Positions 54,886-64,000 of a DNA stretch of 64,000 nucleotides are shown here, in pieces. This DNA comes from Candidatus Marinacidobacterales bacterium. GTDB taxonomy: Bacteria; Acidobacteriota; Vicinamibacteria; Marinacidobacterales; DATDRI01. Made by a program: the position numbers and the translations under genes. The stretch is taken from the NCBI GenBank assembly GCA_965219415.1, contig CBDCNP010000002.1:5280001-5344000 (forward strand), written 5' to 3'. The notes below the pieces were generated by a model. That model saw nothing but the letters and a program-made list of their open reading frames with translations. It did no database searches and was not told where the DNA came from. The stretch's first letter is position 1. Every line of letters starts with the position of its first letter.

Positions 54886-56610
54886 TTAACGCAGTGACTC
54901 GAGCCGGACCGGCTCGCTCAAATCATAAATAACCGGATAGAGCAGATCCTCGCGCCGGTAGGTCACGCCTTGGGCATCGAGGCGCCGACCGATACGCCCT
55001 GCCATGCGGAAGCTGCGGGGGATGAGAGCGACGTCCTCCGCATTCGCTATCTCATCCCGATATGGGGAATAGCGTTCGGTCTGCTCGGGACCGAGCTCCG
55101 AGGTCATCAACAATCTGCCATGAGAGAGAAAAATGTATTTATAGGAGACATAGAAATCGGTATAGGCGTACCGCACCCCGAGCTCCTCGAGCTCCCGAAC
55201 GAACTCACGATTCAAGGCGTCACTCTCGAGAGCACGCACGCCGTAGAGCCCGCTGCCATAGATATTGACCGCCAGAAGCACTCCCGCGGCTAGCCCAGCC
55301 GCCAGCCGAGAGCGTCGGCCCAGCTGTGCCAGACCTGCCAGAGAAGACGCCAGGAAAATGGGAATTACCGAAAATAGAAAAATGAGATAGCGCGGCTCTT
55401 TGGTAAGCCAACCGAACGTACTCTGTGCGAAGACCGCTACGACCAGCATCGCAAAGACGACGAGCATGCTCTCGGCGGTCAACCGTAGCCGAGTCAATTC
55501 GCGCAAACGATCACGCTTCTGGATGATGAATCCGCAAAACGCAGCGGGAAAGATCAGCATCAGAACGACTCGCAATACGGATCCCAAAACTGGTTGTTCG
55601 GTCGGAAAATCCATCGGCCACCAGCCCGTCAGCACCGGAAGCGATTCGACGGCGACCGCGTGGACCTGGGTCGCCGTTCGAACGATGCGTTCGGCAAGAG
55701 TAGACTCGTCGTGCGTCCACCAGCGGTAGCTTTGTCCGTAGCGCGTGAGGTTCCAGAGAAAGAGAGGGAGGTTGCCCAGAAGGAAACCGGCCAGAAACAG
55801 CGCCAGGCGCCCGAGGCTTTTGCGAGTCCAATCCGCGGCAATCAAGACGATCAAAGCAACCAGCAGGTAGTAAGTGGAAAGGATGTGGGCCCACAAGGCG
55901 AGACCTCCCAGGACACCCATCCAAAACGCGCGCCTCGCTCTGTCTTCGGGATCCCCAAGAAGGCGCGCACCGACAGCCAAGAGCGCCGTGCCAAAAAAGA
56001 GCACCTCGACGTAGCTGCCGTCCGCCTTCACACTCCACGCGGTCAGGAATCCGGGAGACAAGATCGCATACACCGCCGCGATGGCCGACTCACTCCGGCT
56101 CAACACGGTACGCGCAAGGGCATAGAGCGCGACGGCGAATCCGGCATAAAGAAGAATGCCCGCCGCGGTCAAGCTCACCACCGGTTCTCCGCTCAGCACC
56201 GTGAGGAACGCCGTAGCATGTGCCTTTAGGCTTCCGTCGTAGGATTCGGCATAGCTGAACACCGGGTGGTGTTTCCCCTCGAGGATGTGCAGGGCCATCA
56301 CGCCATGGACCGCGGCATCCGAGCTAGGAATCCCGTAGGCTCCGACGAGTAGCGGAATGCGAGTGATCAAGGTCAGTACGAAGAACAACACCGCGAGGCG
56401 ATTGTCCGCCCTCTCTTTGAAGAGCTTGGGGGAACCGTTCTGGCGCACGAGGAGCCCGAGTGCGATCACGAAAGCAACGGCTGGGATAGCAGGAGACCGC
56501 AGGAACGCAGGTAGGAAGGAAAGGCTTTCTTTGACGCCGGTATCGAACCAGAAGAGGCAAAAGAGCACATAGGACGCGATTGCGACGGCGAAGGCTCCCC
56601 GCATCCCCAT
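54886..56610 (-). CDS. ArnT/PMT-like (GT39/GT83) membrane glycosyltransferase
   Basis: SSDAAVHGVMA..I..G..PVF, GLALW.H, GNLP...WN, PRYL; many TMs. Confidence 0.75.
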   Translation of the reverse strand: MGMRGAFAVAIASYVLFCLFWFDTGVKESLSFLPAFLRSPAIPAVAFVIALGLLVRQNGSPKLFKERADNRLAVLFFVLTLITRIPLLVGAYGIPSSDAAVHGVMALHILEGKHHPVFSYAESYDGSLKAHATAFLTVLSGEPVVSLTAAGILLYAGFAVALYALARTVLSRSESAIAAVYAILSPGFLTAWSVKADGSYVEVLFFGTALLAVGARLLGDPEDRARRAFWMGVLGGLALWAHILSTYYLLVALIVLIAADWTRKSLGRLALFLAGFLLGNLPLFLWNLTRYGQSYRWWTHDESTLAERIVRTATQVHAVAVESLPVLTGWWPMDFPTEQPVLGSVLRVVLMLIFPAAFCGFIIQKRDRLRELTRLRLTAESMLVVFAMLVVAVFAQSTFGWLTKEPRYLIFLFSVIPIFLASSLAGLAQLGRRSRLAAGLAAGVLLAVNIYGSGLYGVRALESDALNREFVRELEELGVRYAYTDFYVSYKYIFLSHGRLLMTSELGPEQTERYSPYRDEIANAEDVALIPRSFRMAGRIGRRLDAQGVTYRREDLLYPVIYDLSEPVRLESLR

Positions 56611-56669
56611 TTTCGATCCTTCCAACATTATTATCTAATAGAGCTCTAATTACCGGAGGAGGTGCGCGG

Positions 56670-57200
56670 GTGGCCTGGATTCGTATGATTCGAGAGAGTG
56701 AAGCGAATGGAGAGCTCGCGGATATGTATCGACGCTACGGTGGACCCTCGGGACAGGTAGACAACATTCTCAAGATCCACAGCCTCAACCCGCCGTCGCT
56801 CGAAGGGCATTTCAAGCTGTACGCTCATCTCATGCGCGGCCCCTCCGGGCTCACGCGCGTCGAGAGAGAGATGATCGCCGTCGCGGTATCTAAAGAAAAC
56901 GCGTGTCACTATTGAATCGAGCACCACGCGAGGGGTCTCCTCCGATTGAGTCGTGATCAGGAACTGGTAGACGCCTTGAAGCAAGATCCTCGCAGCGCGC
57001 CCCTCGAGGCCCGGCAGCGGGCGATCGTCGACTACGCCCTCAAGTTGACGCGAGAGCCGTGGAACGTCAGGCAAGAGGACTTGGAGGCTATGCGAAAAGC
57101 TGGTTTAGAAGACGCCGACGTCTTGGACGCGTGCCAGGTCGCTTGCTACTACGCGTACGTGAATCGGCTAGCGCAGGGGCTTGGCGTCGAGCTCGAGTGA
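56670..57200 (+). CDS. AhpD/CMD-like peroxidase-related selenoprotein (Sec at TGA 56913-56915)
   Basis: GGAGG RBS + GTG; EREMIAVAVS..NACHY-TGA-IEHH continues in frame to YYAYVNRLAQGLG; SECIS-like hairpin follows. Confidence 0.88.
56916..56947 (+). promoter_or_regulatory. Bacterial SECIS-like element
   Basis: GAGG-GGTCT-CCTC hairpin with the loop starting 19 nt after UGA; outer ATCG/CGAT pairing. Confidence 0.7.
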
Positions 57201-57213
57201 ATCCCGGTTCCTC

Positions 57214-58248
57214 CTAAGCCACACAAACGTAATCACGACCGTCCACGAAACCGGCCTCTCCGAGCTGGGCGCGGATCTCCTCACGCGCCGAGACAAACCG
57301 AGCCCCCGCCCGACGACTCAATGCGCCCACCGCGACGAGAAGGAACGTCCCCCGAAGGGTATCGACCTCGGTCGCGGCGATGACCTCCGCGTCGTGGATG
57401 CGTTTGCCAATCTTGCGCGGATCGACTTCCACGAAGTAACTGATTTCGACTCCTCGGCTGGCCAGCCTGCGTGCCCAACCCTTGCCGACTGGGCCGGCGC
57501 CCCAGATTGCGACCGGAGCCCGTTCGGCGAGAAAATTTTCCACGAGATAGTGTTCTTTTAATGAAAGGAAGCTCTCCTCACTGAAGCGGGGATCTACGCG
57601 GCTCGCTCTCTCGCTCCAATCTCTCCATAGGAGCAGCCTCTCGGGAGTCTTCCCGAACTGCACCTTCGCTCTCGACATCCTCATCCATAGGTCGTAGTCC
57701 TCCGGCCAACCGGATTCCCTATAACCACCCGCGCGCTCGAGGGATTCCCGACGCATCATCACCGAGGGATGAGGCAGAGGACTCTCTACGAAGAGATCCC
57801 GCAGAATTTCGTCGTGTGTTAGAAGCCCGTTCACCCAACGTTCGTAGCGCAAGAGCCCATCGGACAACCCCTCGCGGGGGAACATGCGAACGCGCGAAGC
57901 GACGACCCCAACATCGGGATGAGCCCGGAGGAACTGCGCCTGCACGGCAAGCCGCTCCGGTCGGCAAATGTCGTCGGCATCCATGCGGGCTAGGAGAGGC
58001 GCTCTCGCTTTTCGGCTGGCGGTGAGAAGCGCCGTTGCAATACCGCGATGGCCTTGCGTGAAGACTCGAACTCTTTCGTCGGACTCCGCAACCTGGGAAA
58101 GAAGTCGTGGCGTGTCGTCCTCGGAGCCATCATCGACGGCGATGATCTCGAATCGATCGAGACTCTGACAGAAGAGGCTCGCAAAACACTCCGAAAGGTA
58201 GACCGCGGCATTGAAGCACGGAAGGAGGATGCTGACTTCAGGAGTCAT
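57214..58248 (-). CDS. Glycosyltransferase family 2
   Basis: VSILLPCFN, VDDGSED, RMDADD, HPSV, EDYDLW. Confidence 0.92.
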   Translation of the reverse strand: MTPEVSILLPCFNAAVYLSECFASLFCQSLDRFEIIAVDDGSEDDTPRLLSQVAESDERVRVFTQGHRGIATALLTASRKARAPLLARMDADDICRPERLAVQAQFLRAHPDVGVVASRVRMFPREGLSDGLLRYERWVNGLLTHDEILRDLFVESPLPHPSVMMRRESLERAGGYRESGWPEDYDLWMRMSRAKVQFGKTPERLLLWRDWSERASRVDPRFSEESFLSLKEHYLVENFLAERAPVAIWGAGPVGKGWARRLASRGVEISYFVEVDPRKIGKRIHDAEVIAATEVDTLRGTFLLVAVGALSRRAGARFVSAREEIRAQLGEAGFVDGRDYVCVA

Positions 58249-58273
58249 GTTCGCTCGGGTTATGATAGCCCCT

Positions 58274-59182
58274 ATGGAAATCCCCTTCATTCAAGCCGAC
58301 GTCTTCACCGATCGTGCTTTTGCAGGGAATCCGCTCGCCATCATCCCCGACGGCTCGGGGCTTTCCACGGAACAAATGCAAGCCATCGCCCAGGAGATGA
58401 ACCTCTCCGAGACCACTTTTATTTTGCCCTCCGAGGATCCGTCGGCCACCTTCCGCCTTCGAATCTTCACGCCGGCTAAGGAGCTCCCGCTGGCCGGGCA
58501 TCCCGTGGTGGGGGCTTGCTTCATCCTGGCCCAGAAGGGTCGGTTCCCTCTCGAGGAAGGCACCAACCGAATCTTTCAAGAGTGTGGCGCCGGCGTCCTC
58601 CCCGTCGACATCCATGTCCGGGAGGGCAAAGTCGCTCGAGTCTATATGACGCAGGCGACGCCTCAGTTCTTCAGGAGCACTACCAGCCGCCAGCTGTTGG
58701 CCGCCGCGGTTGGCCTGGACGAGGATCGACTGCTCCCCGATGGGCTCCCCGCCGAGGTCGTGTCGACCGCCGTTCCTCAGCTCATGGTCCCCGCGCAAGG
58801 CCTCAAAGACCTCGAAGCCATCGAGCTCGACCTCGTCGCCATGCGAAAGATCTTCCGGGCCATGGAGACCGACTGCTTCATGATCTTCACTCGGCAAACC
58901 GCGCAACCCAACTCCACCGTCCATGCCCGCATGTTCGCCCCCGAGCTCGGTGTGCCTGAGGATCCCGCGACGGGAAGTGCGGCGGGCGCTCTAGGCGCGT
59001 ACTTGGTTCGGCATGGTGTACTGACCGCCAATCCTACCGCGCACCTGATCATCGAGCAGGGCTACGAGATGGGGCGCCCGAGCACGATCTACGTGGAGGT
59101 CGATGGGACCGACAACGCCCCAACCGAGGTGAGGGTGGGTGGCACGGCTGTCGAGGTCGCGGAGGGAACGATCAAGATCTAG
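58274..59182 (+). CDS. PhzF-family isomerase
   Basis: DVF...GNPLA, MNLSETTF, ELPLAGHP, EDPATGSA, EQGYEMGRPS. Confidence 0.93.
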   Translation: MEIPFIQADVFTDRAFAGNPLAIIPDGSGLSTEQMQAIAQEMNLSETTFILPSEDPSATFRLRIFTPAKELPLAGHPVVGACFILAQKGRFPLEEGTNRIFQECGAGVLPVDIHVREGKVARVYMTQATPQFFRSTTSRQLLAAAVGLDEDRLLPDGLPAEVVSTAVPQLMVPAQGLKDLEAIELDLVAMRKIFRAMETDCFMIFTRQTAQPNSTVHARMFAPELGVPEDPATGSAAGALGAYLVRHGVLTANPTAHLIIEQGYEMGRPSTIYVEVDGTDNAPTEVRVGGTAVEVAEGTIKI

Positions 59183-59238
59183 ACGAACGGCCCAGCATCG
59201 AGCGTTTTGAGGAGTGAGCACAAAATAGGAGAAACCAA

Positions 59239-60925
59239 ATGAAGGAGAGTATCGCGGCTATTCTCACGTCGATCGCCATAGTCTCTTTCGGATGTTCGGA
59301 CACGCCATCCGCTCCGAAAGTTTCGGACCGCGAGCTCGAAAAAGCCATCGAGCTCGTAAAGGCGCGAGACTTCGCGGGCGCGGTGGTCATCCTCAACGAA
59401 GTGACGAAAAACCAACCGGATAACGCCAGAGCGTGGTCACTCCTAGGAATGGCCCTCCACTCGATGGGATTCCTCGACCGGGCATTGCCCGCCTACCTCA
59501 AGGCAACCGAGTTTCCCGAGACCGCGCCGGGATGCCATGTACAACACAGCGTGCGCCTACGCTCTGAACGGTGACAAGGACAAGGCCTTCGAATGGTTGG
59601 GGAAGGCGCAGGAGACAGGACGGGTCGACATGACCAAGATCGAGATCGACCCTAATCTCAAGAGCCTTCGAGAAGACTCTCGTTTCAAAGAACTGCTCCC
59701 CAAGCCGGAAGATTTCCACGACCCGTTCGTCGAGGACACCCGCATCCTCAATGAGTGGGTCGGCGAGGGCAAGGGTGGCGCCTTCGGCTGGATGGCTCGA
59801 AACATCGGCGATGGCGACGGCGATGGCGTGAACGACGTCACCACTTCTGCACCCAACTTGGAAGTGGACGGAGCAAGATCGGGACGCGTATACGTCTACT
59901 CGGGTCGCAGCGGAGAGCTCATTTGGACTCAATCGGGCAAGCCCGGCGATCAGCTTGGGTTGGGCATCGAAGCCGCCGGAGACACCAATGCCGACGGTGT
60001 TCCGGACGTCATCGCCGGCGCTCCCGGTGCGGGCGAGACTTACGTCTTTTCGGGAAAGGATGGCAGCTTGCTGCTCACGCTCGCCGCCGAAGTGAAGGGC
60101 GATACGTTTGGCCGCAAGGTCTCGGACCTGGGAGACCTAAACGGTGACGGCTACGATGATGTCATCGTGGGTGCGCCGGGCAGCGACATAGGCGCGGTAG
60201 ATGCAGGCCGAGCATACGTATTTTCTGGGAAGGACGGAGCGCTTCTACTGACCCTGACGGGTGAAGAAGAGGGGGATGGATTCGGCAGCTCTGCCGCTGG
60301 ACTCTTCGACAGCGACCACGAGCTCATCGTCATAGGCGCACCGAACGCTGGTCCCGAGAACAAGGGGCGTGCATACGTCTACTCCGGCGCCTCCGGTGAA
60401 ATCGATTTTGTGATCGACGCCGAGGAGACCGGGTCGCAACTCGGAGGCATGTTTGTTTCCGTCGTGGGCGATGTGAACGCCGATGGTGTGGCAGACATCT
60501 ATGCCTCGGACTGGTCCGACAACGCACTCGGGGCTCAAACCGGGCGCATTTACGTTCACTCCGGTGCGAACGGCGAGCGCCTGCTGACTCTTACCGGTGA
60601 AGTGGCGGGAGACGGGTTCGGCATTGGCCCCGCCGATGCGGGCGATGTCGATAAGGACGGGCACGACGACCTCATCGTCGGTGCCTGGCAACATAGCAGT
60701 GCCGCGCCCGCCGGCGGCAAGGTCTATCTTCACTCCGGCAAAGACGGCTCACTCATGCGAACCTTCACCAGCAGGGTTCAGGGAGAGACCTTGGGCTTCG
60801 ACGCCACCGGCATGGGTGACGTGGATGGCGATGATAGGATCGATTTTTTGGTGACGTCCGCCTGGAGCGCTATCGGAGGCGCTCGCACCGGCCGGATGTT
60901 CATCCTTTCCGGTGAAACCCCCTGA
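59239..60925 (+). CDS. TPR + FG-GAP (integrin-alpha-like) lipoprotein (frameshift near 59535)
   Basis: Lipobox SFGC, TPRs, about 7 GDxNxDG..D....GAP / G..Y.YSG repeats. Confidence 0.85.
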
Positions 60926-60935
60926 CGTCAGCTGG

Positions 60936-62792
60936 CTACCAGGCGATCCCGTAGTCCTCGCCGTGGTGGCTCGATCCACCCCACATGGTTCCGTGCTCCC
61001 AATCGAAGAATATCGCATTGATGGGACCCGACGTCCGCGGCTCAAAGTCCAGGTCGTAGCCCATCTTCTCGAGCTCGGCGCGCACCCAAGGGGACACGGA
61101 GTCATTCAAGGTCAGCCTCCCGGGTTCAGATTCGTGTGCCCCGAAGGAGCTCTGCATCTGAAAGCTCGTGATGTTTGAAGCTTCGGCCGCCTCCTGCACG
61201 TTCATTCCGAACTCCACCATGTTCAGAAAGAACTGCAACAGATTCTGATCCTGCGTATCGCCCCCCTGTACCGCGAACGAGAGGAACGGTTTCCCTTCCT
61301 TGAGCGCTAGGCTCGGCGTCAGGGTCGCTCGTGGCCTTTTCCCGGGCTCGAGCACATTGAAGGGATTCTTTGCCTCGTCGAGAACAAAGCTCTGCATCCT
61401 CTGGCTCATGCCGATACCGGTCTTGCCGGCGATGGCGGCTGGAATCCATCCACCGCTAGGGGTCACCGATACCACCCATCCCTCCTCATCGGCGGCTTGG
61501 ATGGAGGTCGTGCCGGCATAGAAACCCTCTTCGAAGGAACGCGTGTCGGTCGCCGCCGTTACCGGCTGCTCGGTTCCCCACGTGTCCAGGTAATGAAGGA
61601 AGGGGTTTTGTCCCGCTTGAAAGGGATACGGATCTCCCGGTTTGACATTGGGATCGTTTTTCTCCCAATTGATTTGTTTCAGCCTCGCTTTGGCGTACTC
61701 CTTGGAGAGAAGACCCGCAACCGGTTCCTCTGGAGGAAAGTACGGGTCGCCATAATAGAAATCGCGATCGGCGAACACCAAATTCATCACTTGGTAAAGC
61801 GTATGGATGTATCGACTGGAGTTGTAGCCCATCGACTTCACGTCGATGTTCTCGACAAGGTTGAGCGCCTGTAACAGTACGGGTCCCTGAACCCACGTCG
61901 TCAGCTTGTAGACGTCGACCCCTTTGTAAGACGTCTTGACGGGTTCTTCGAGATAAACCTTCCAGTTGGCCAAATCTTCCAAAGTGTGGAGCCCGCCCTG
62001 CTCTTGCGAACCCCGGACGAACTCTTGGGCGATGTCGCCCTTGTAGAATCGATCGTAGGCGGCGTATATGGCCTCTTTGCGGTTCTTACCCGCAGCCAGT
62101 GCTTGATGCTCCGCTTCCACGAGCTTCCGAAGCGTTGCTGCGAGATCGGCTTGCCGAAATGTCTCCCCCGGACGAGGGGCTTCATGCTCGTCACCCAAGT
62201 GGGGCAAGAGAACGTCCCGCGAGTACGGCCACTGCTTGATCCTCTCTTTCTCCTCCTCGATGCTCGCCGACCGCGCTTCCTCGATGGGATAGCCGTCGGC
62301 CAGCTGAATGGCGGGCTCCAAGACGTCCTCGAGACTCAAACGACCGTACTCGGCCAACATGACCAACAGGCCACCCGGTGTTCCTGGAGTGACGGCGGCA
62401 AGCGGGCCGTACTCGGGAGGGTAAGGCATACCCTTCTCGCGAAAAAACTCGGCGGTGGCGCCCGTGGGAGCTACGCCCAAGGCGTTGATGCCATGAACCC
62501 TTTTGCTGTGCGGATCGTAGATGAGGGCTTGCGTTTCCCCGCCCCAGCTTAGTGAATCGAACATCGTGCTAGTGGCGGCTAGCATCGTGCAAGCAGCATC
62601 GACCGCATTGCCACCCCTTTGGAACGTCATCGCGCCGGCGGTGGCCGCCAAAGGCTTGCCGGTAATCGCCATCCAGTGCTTCCCGTGAAGCACCGGTTTC
62701 GCGGTCTCCTCAGAGCCGGCCGCCGCTGAGATCACCAGCAGGCCCGCGGCCATCACGGCAAGCGTCGCCTTTTCTATTTTTTGTGGATGCAT
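60936..62792 (-). CDS. ggt: Gamma-glutamyltransferase family protein
   Basis: GGNAVDAA, FYKGDIA, nucleophile GTTS, PGKRPRATLTP, GGDTQDQ. Confidence 0.92.
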   Translation of the reverse strand: MHPQKIEKATLAVMAAGLLVISAAAGSEETAKPVLHGKHWMAITGKPLAATAGAMTFQRGGNAVDAACTMLAATSTMFDSLSWGGETQALIYDPHSKRVHGINALGVAPTGATAEFFREKGMPYPPEYGPLAAVTPGTPGGLLVMLAEYGRLSLEDVLEPAIQLADGYPIEEARSASIEEEKERIKQWPYSRDVLLPHLGDEHEAPRPGETFRQADLAATLRKLVEAEHQALAAGKNRKEAIYAAYDRFYKGDIAQEFVRGSQEQGGLHTLEDLANWKVYLEEPVKTSYKGVDVYKLTTWVQGPVLLQALNLVENIDVKSMGYNSSRYIHTLYQVMNLVFADRDFYYGDPYFPPEEPVAGLLSKEYAKARLKQINWEKNDPNVKPGDPYPFQAGQNPFLHYLDTWGTEQPVTAATDTRSFEEGFYAGTTSIQAADEEGWVVSVTPSGGWIPAAIAGKTGIGMSQRMQSFVLDEAKNPFNVLEPGKRPRATLTPSLALKEGKPFLSFAVQGGDTQDQNLLQFFLNMVEFGMNVQEAAEASNITSFQMQSSFGAHESEPGRLTLNDSVSPWVRAELEKMGYDLDFEPRTSGPINAIFFDWEHGTMWGGSSHHGEDYGIAW

Positions 62793-62998
62793 CTCCCCTC
62801 CTTCCAAAGGACCAAACGCATTGTATCCTGCTCGCCTCTCGACGGCTACACACCTCGAAAGGCCCGCAGCAGCAGCATTTGCGAAGTGGACCCCGATCAT
62901 CTAATCTGGGCGCACAGGGGGGAGCTGCTCCTTGTTTGGATCGGCGTGGGTGGACCGCCGATCGCGTCACGCCGGAGAGTTTACGAGAGCAAGCCCCT

Positions 62999-64000
62999 AT
63001 GGAAACAGAAAACAGGCCAGTCACACCGTCTACAATCGATACCGGCGGCGAAGCGGCCGATAGGTCCGGCTGGACGCGATCGCGCTCCTGGCTGATCCCC
63101 GGGGGACTCCTAGTCCTATGCTTGGTGACCGCGGCTTTTTTCTTTCTGGCCGCTAAACACAAGTACACCGCCACGACCGGAACCACCAATGAGCCGGAGG
63201 CCTTTCAAGGCGGGGTCTTCCGTTTTCCAATCTCTCGACCGGTTCAAACGCTCGATCCAGCGAGGGCGACGAGTGGCAGCGAGATCATGCTGATCCAACA
63301 AATCTACGAAGGCCTCACCGCGTTCGACCAGCATCTGAACATCGTGCCCGCGCTCGCTCGTTATTGGGATATCTCACCGGACGGCAAAACCTATACCTTC
63401 GAGCTCCACCCGGAAGCCCGTTTTCATAACGGTGAGCCGATCACCGCCGAGGATTGTGTCTTCTCTTTCGAGCGACTGCTCACGCCAGGCCTGGACGAGA
63501 CGAACTATCATTACTTCACGCGCATCGTCGGCGCGCAGGACTTTCGAGAAGGCAAAGCGAAAACGGTGGCCGGGCTTCGCGTCATCGACGAGCGCGCGTT
63601 TCAGATCCGTTTCACCACCCCCTTCGTCCCCGCCCTCTCCGTTCTCAGCATGTTACAGCTCGAAGATCTTGCCGAAGAAAGAAGTCCTGAAGAGAGGCGA
63701 GAACTTCTTCAAGGAGCCGATTGGAGCAGGGCCCTTCCGATTCTCGCGCTGGACGAGTCGGGAAGAGGATCCGGCCATACCGGTCATCAAGGGAGTTCCA
63801 CAAGGGATTCGGCTGGACGCGAATCCTCACTATATTGGAGGGCGTCCTCATCTAAATGCCGTCGTCTTCCGCGCCATCGTGAACGCGCGGGACGCAAAGG
63901 AAGAAAAGCCCCTCAACGAGCTCGTCGATTGCATCGAAGCACCGATCGACCGCTACTACGACTGGGTTCGGGTAGAAACCGACAAGCTGCTGGAGCTCAA
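62999..64000 (+). CDS. ABC transporter family-5 solute-binding protein (frameshifted, runs off the window)
   Basis: QIYEGL...PALA..W.ISPDGKTYTFEL...FHNGEPITAED, PIGAGPFR. Confidence 0.8.
   Translation, partial: METENRPVTPSTIDTGGEAADRSGWTRSRSWLIPGGLLVLCLVTAAFFFLAAKHKYTATTGTTNEPEAFQGGVFRFPISRPVQTLDPARATSGSEIMLIQQIYEGLTAFDQHLNIVPALARYWDISPDGKTYTFELHPEARFHNGEPITAEDCVFSFERLLTPGLDETNYHYFTRIVGAQDFREGKAKTVAGLRVIDERAFQIRFTTPFVPALSVLSMLQLEDLAEERSPEERRELLQGADWSRALPILALDESGRGSGHTGHQGSSTRDSAGRESSLYWRASSSKCRRLPRHRERAGRKGRKAPQRARRLHRSTDRPLLRLGSGRNRQAAGAQ

Overview
GC-rich (about 60%) bacterial window with a gene repertoire suggestive of Acidobacteriota (inference only). 1-18.6 kb is an IS-riddled accessory region. 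It holds a broken type I R-M/GmrSD-like defence locus, IS1-family copies, an IS5, IS3/IS481-like remnants and a near-reciprocal 9.15-kb inversion that splits both an IS1 and an M28 peptidase. An IS1111-type IS110 sits inside an IS1 terminal repeat, and its downstream non-coding RNA carries readable guide matches to both the IS1 target and its own donor junction (bridge/seekRNA). 18.7-26.3 kb is housekeeping-like (lytic transglycosylase, CaiB, FadI, TPR, sulfatase). 26.3-42.1 kb is a long co-directional, partly decayed sigma-54 regulon. It contains an IS256-interrupted PAS-NtrC activator with a visible UAS and -24/-12 promoter, several outer-membrane barrels, an arylsulfatase, an Omp85 barrel paired with a secreted kinase-fold-like protein, and a pentameric ligand-gated ion channel remnant. 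42-64 kb holds an ISL3, a TPR/FG-GAP/ASPIC-UnbV protein, ABC-F, rnhA, a candidate sigma-54-dependent ~100-nt sRNA, glycosyltransferases, an AhpD-like selenoprotein (CxxU + SECIS) split by the ORF caller, PhzF, GGT and an ABC solute-binding protein. Many single-base frameshifts, also in ordinary genes, suggest long-read indel errors on top of real decay. No rRNA, tRNA or CRISPR array was seen.
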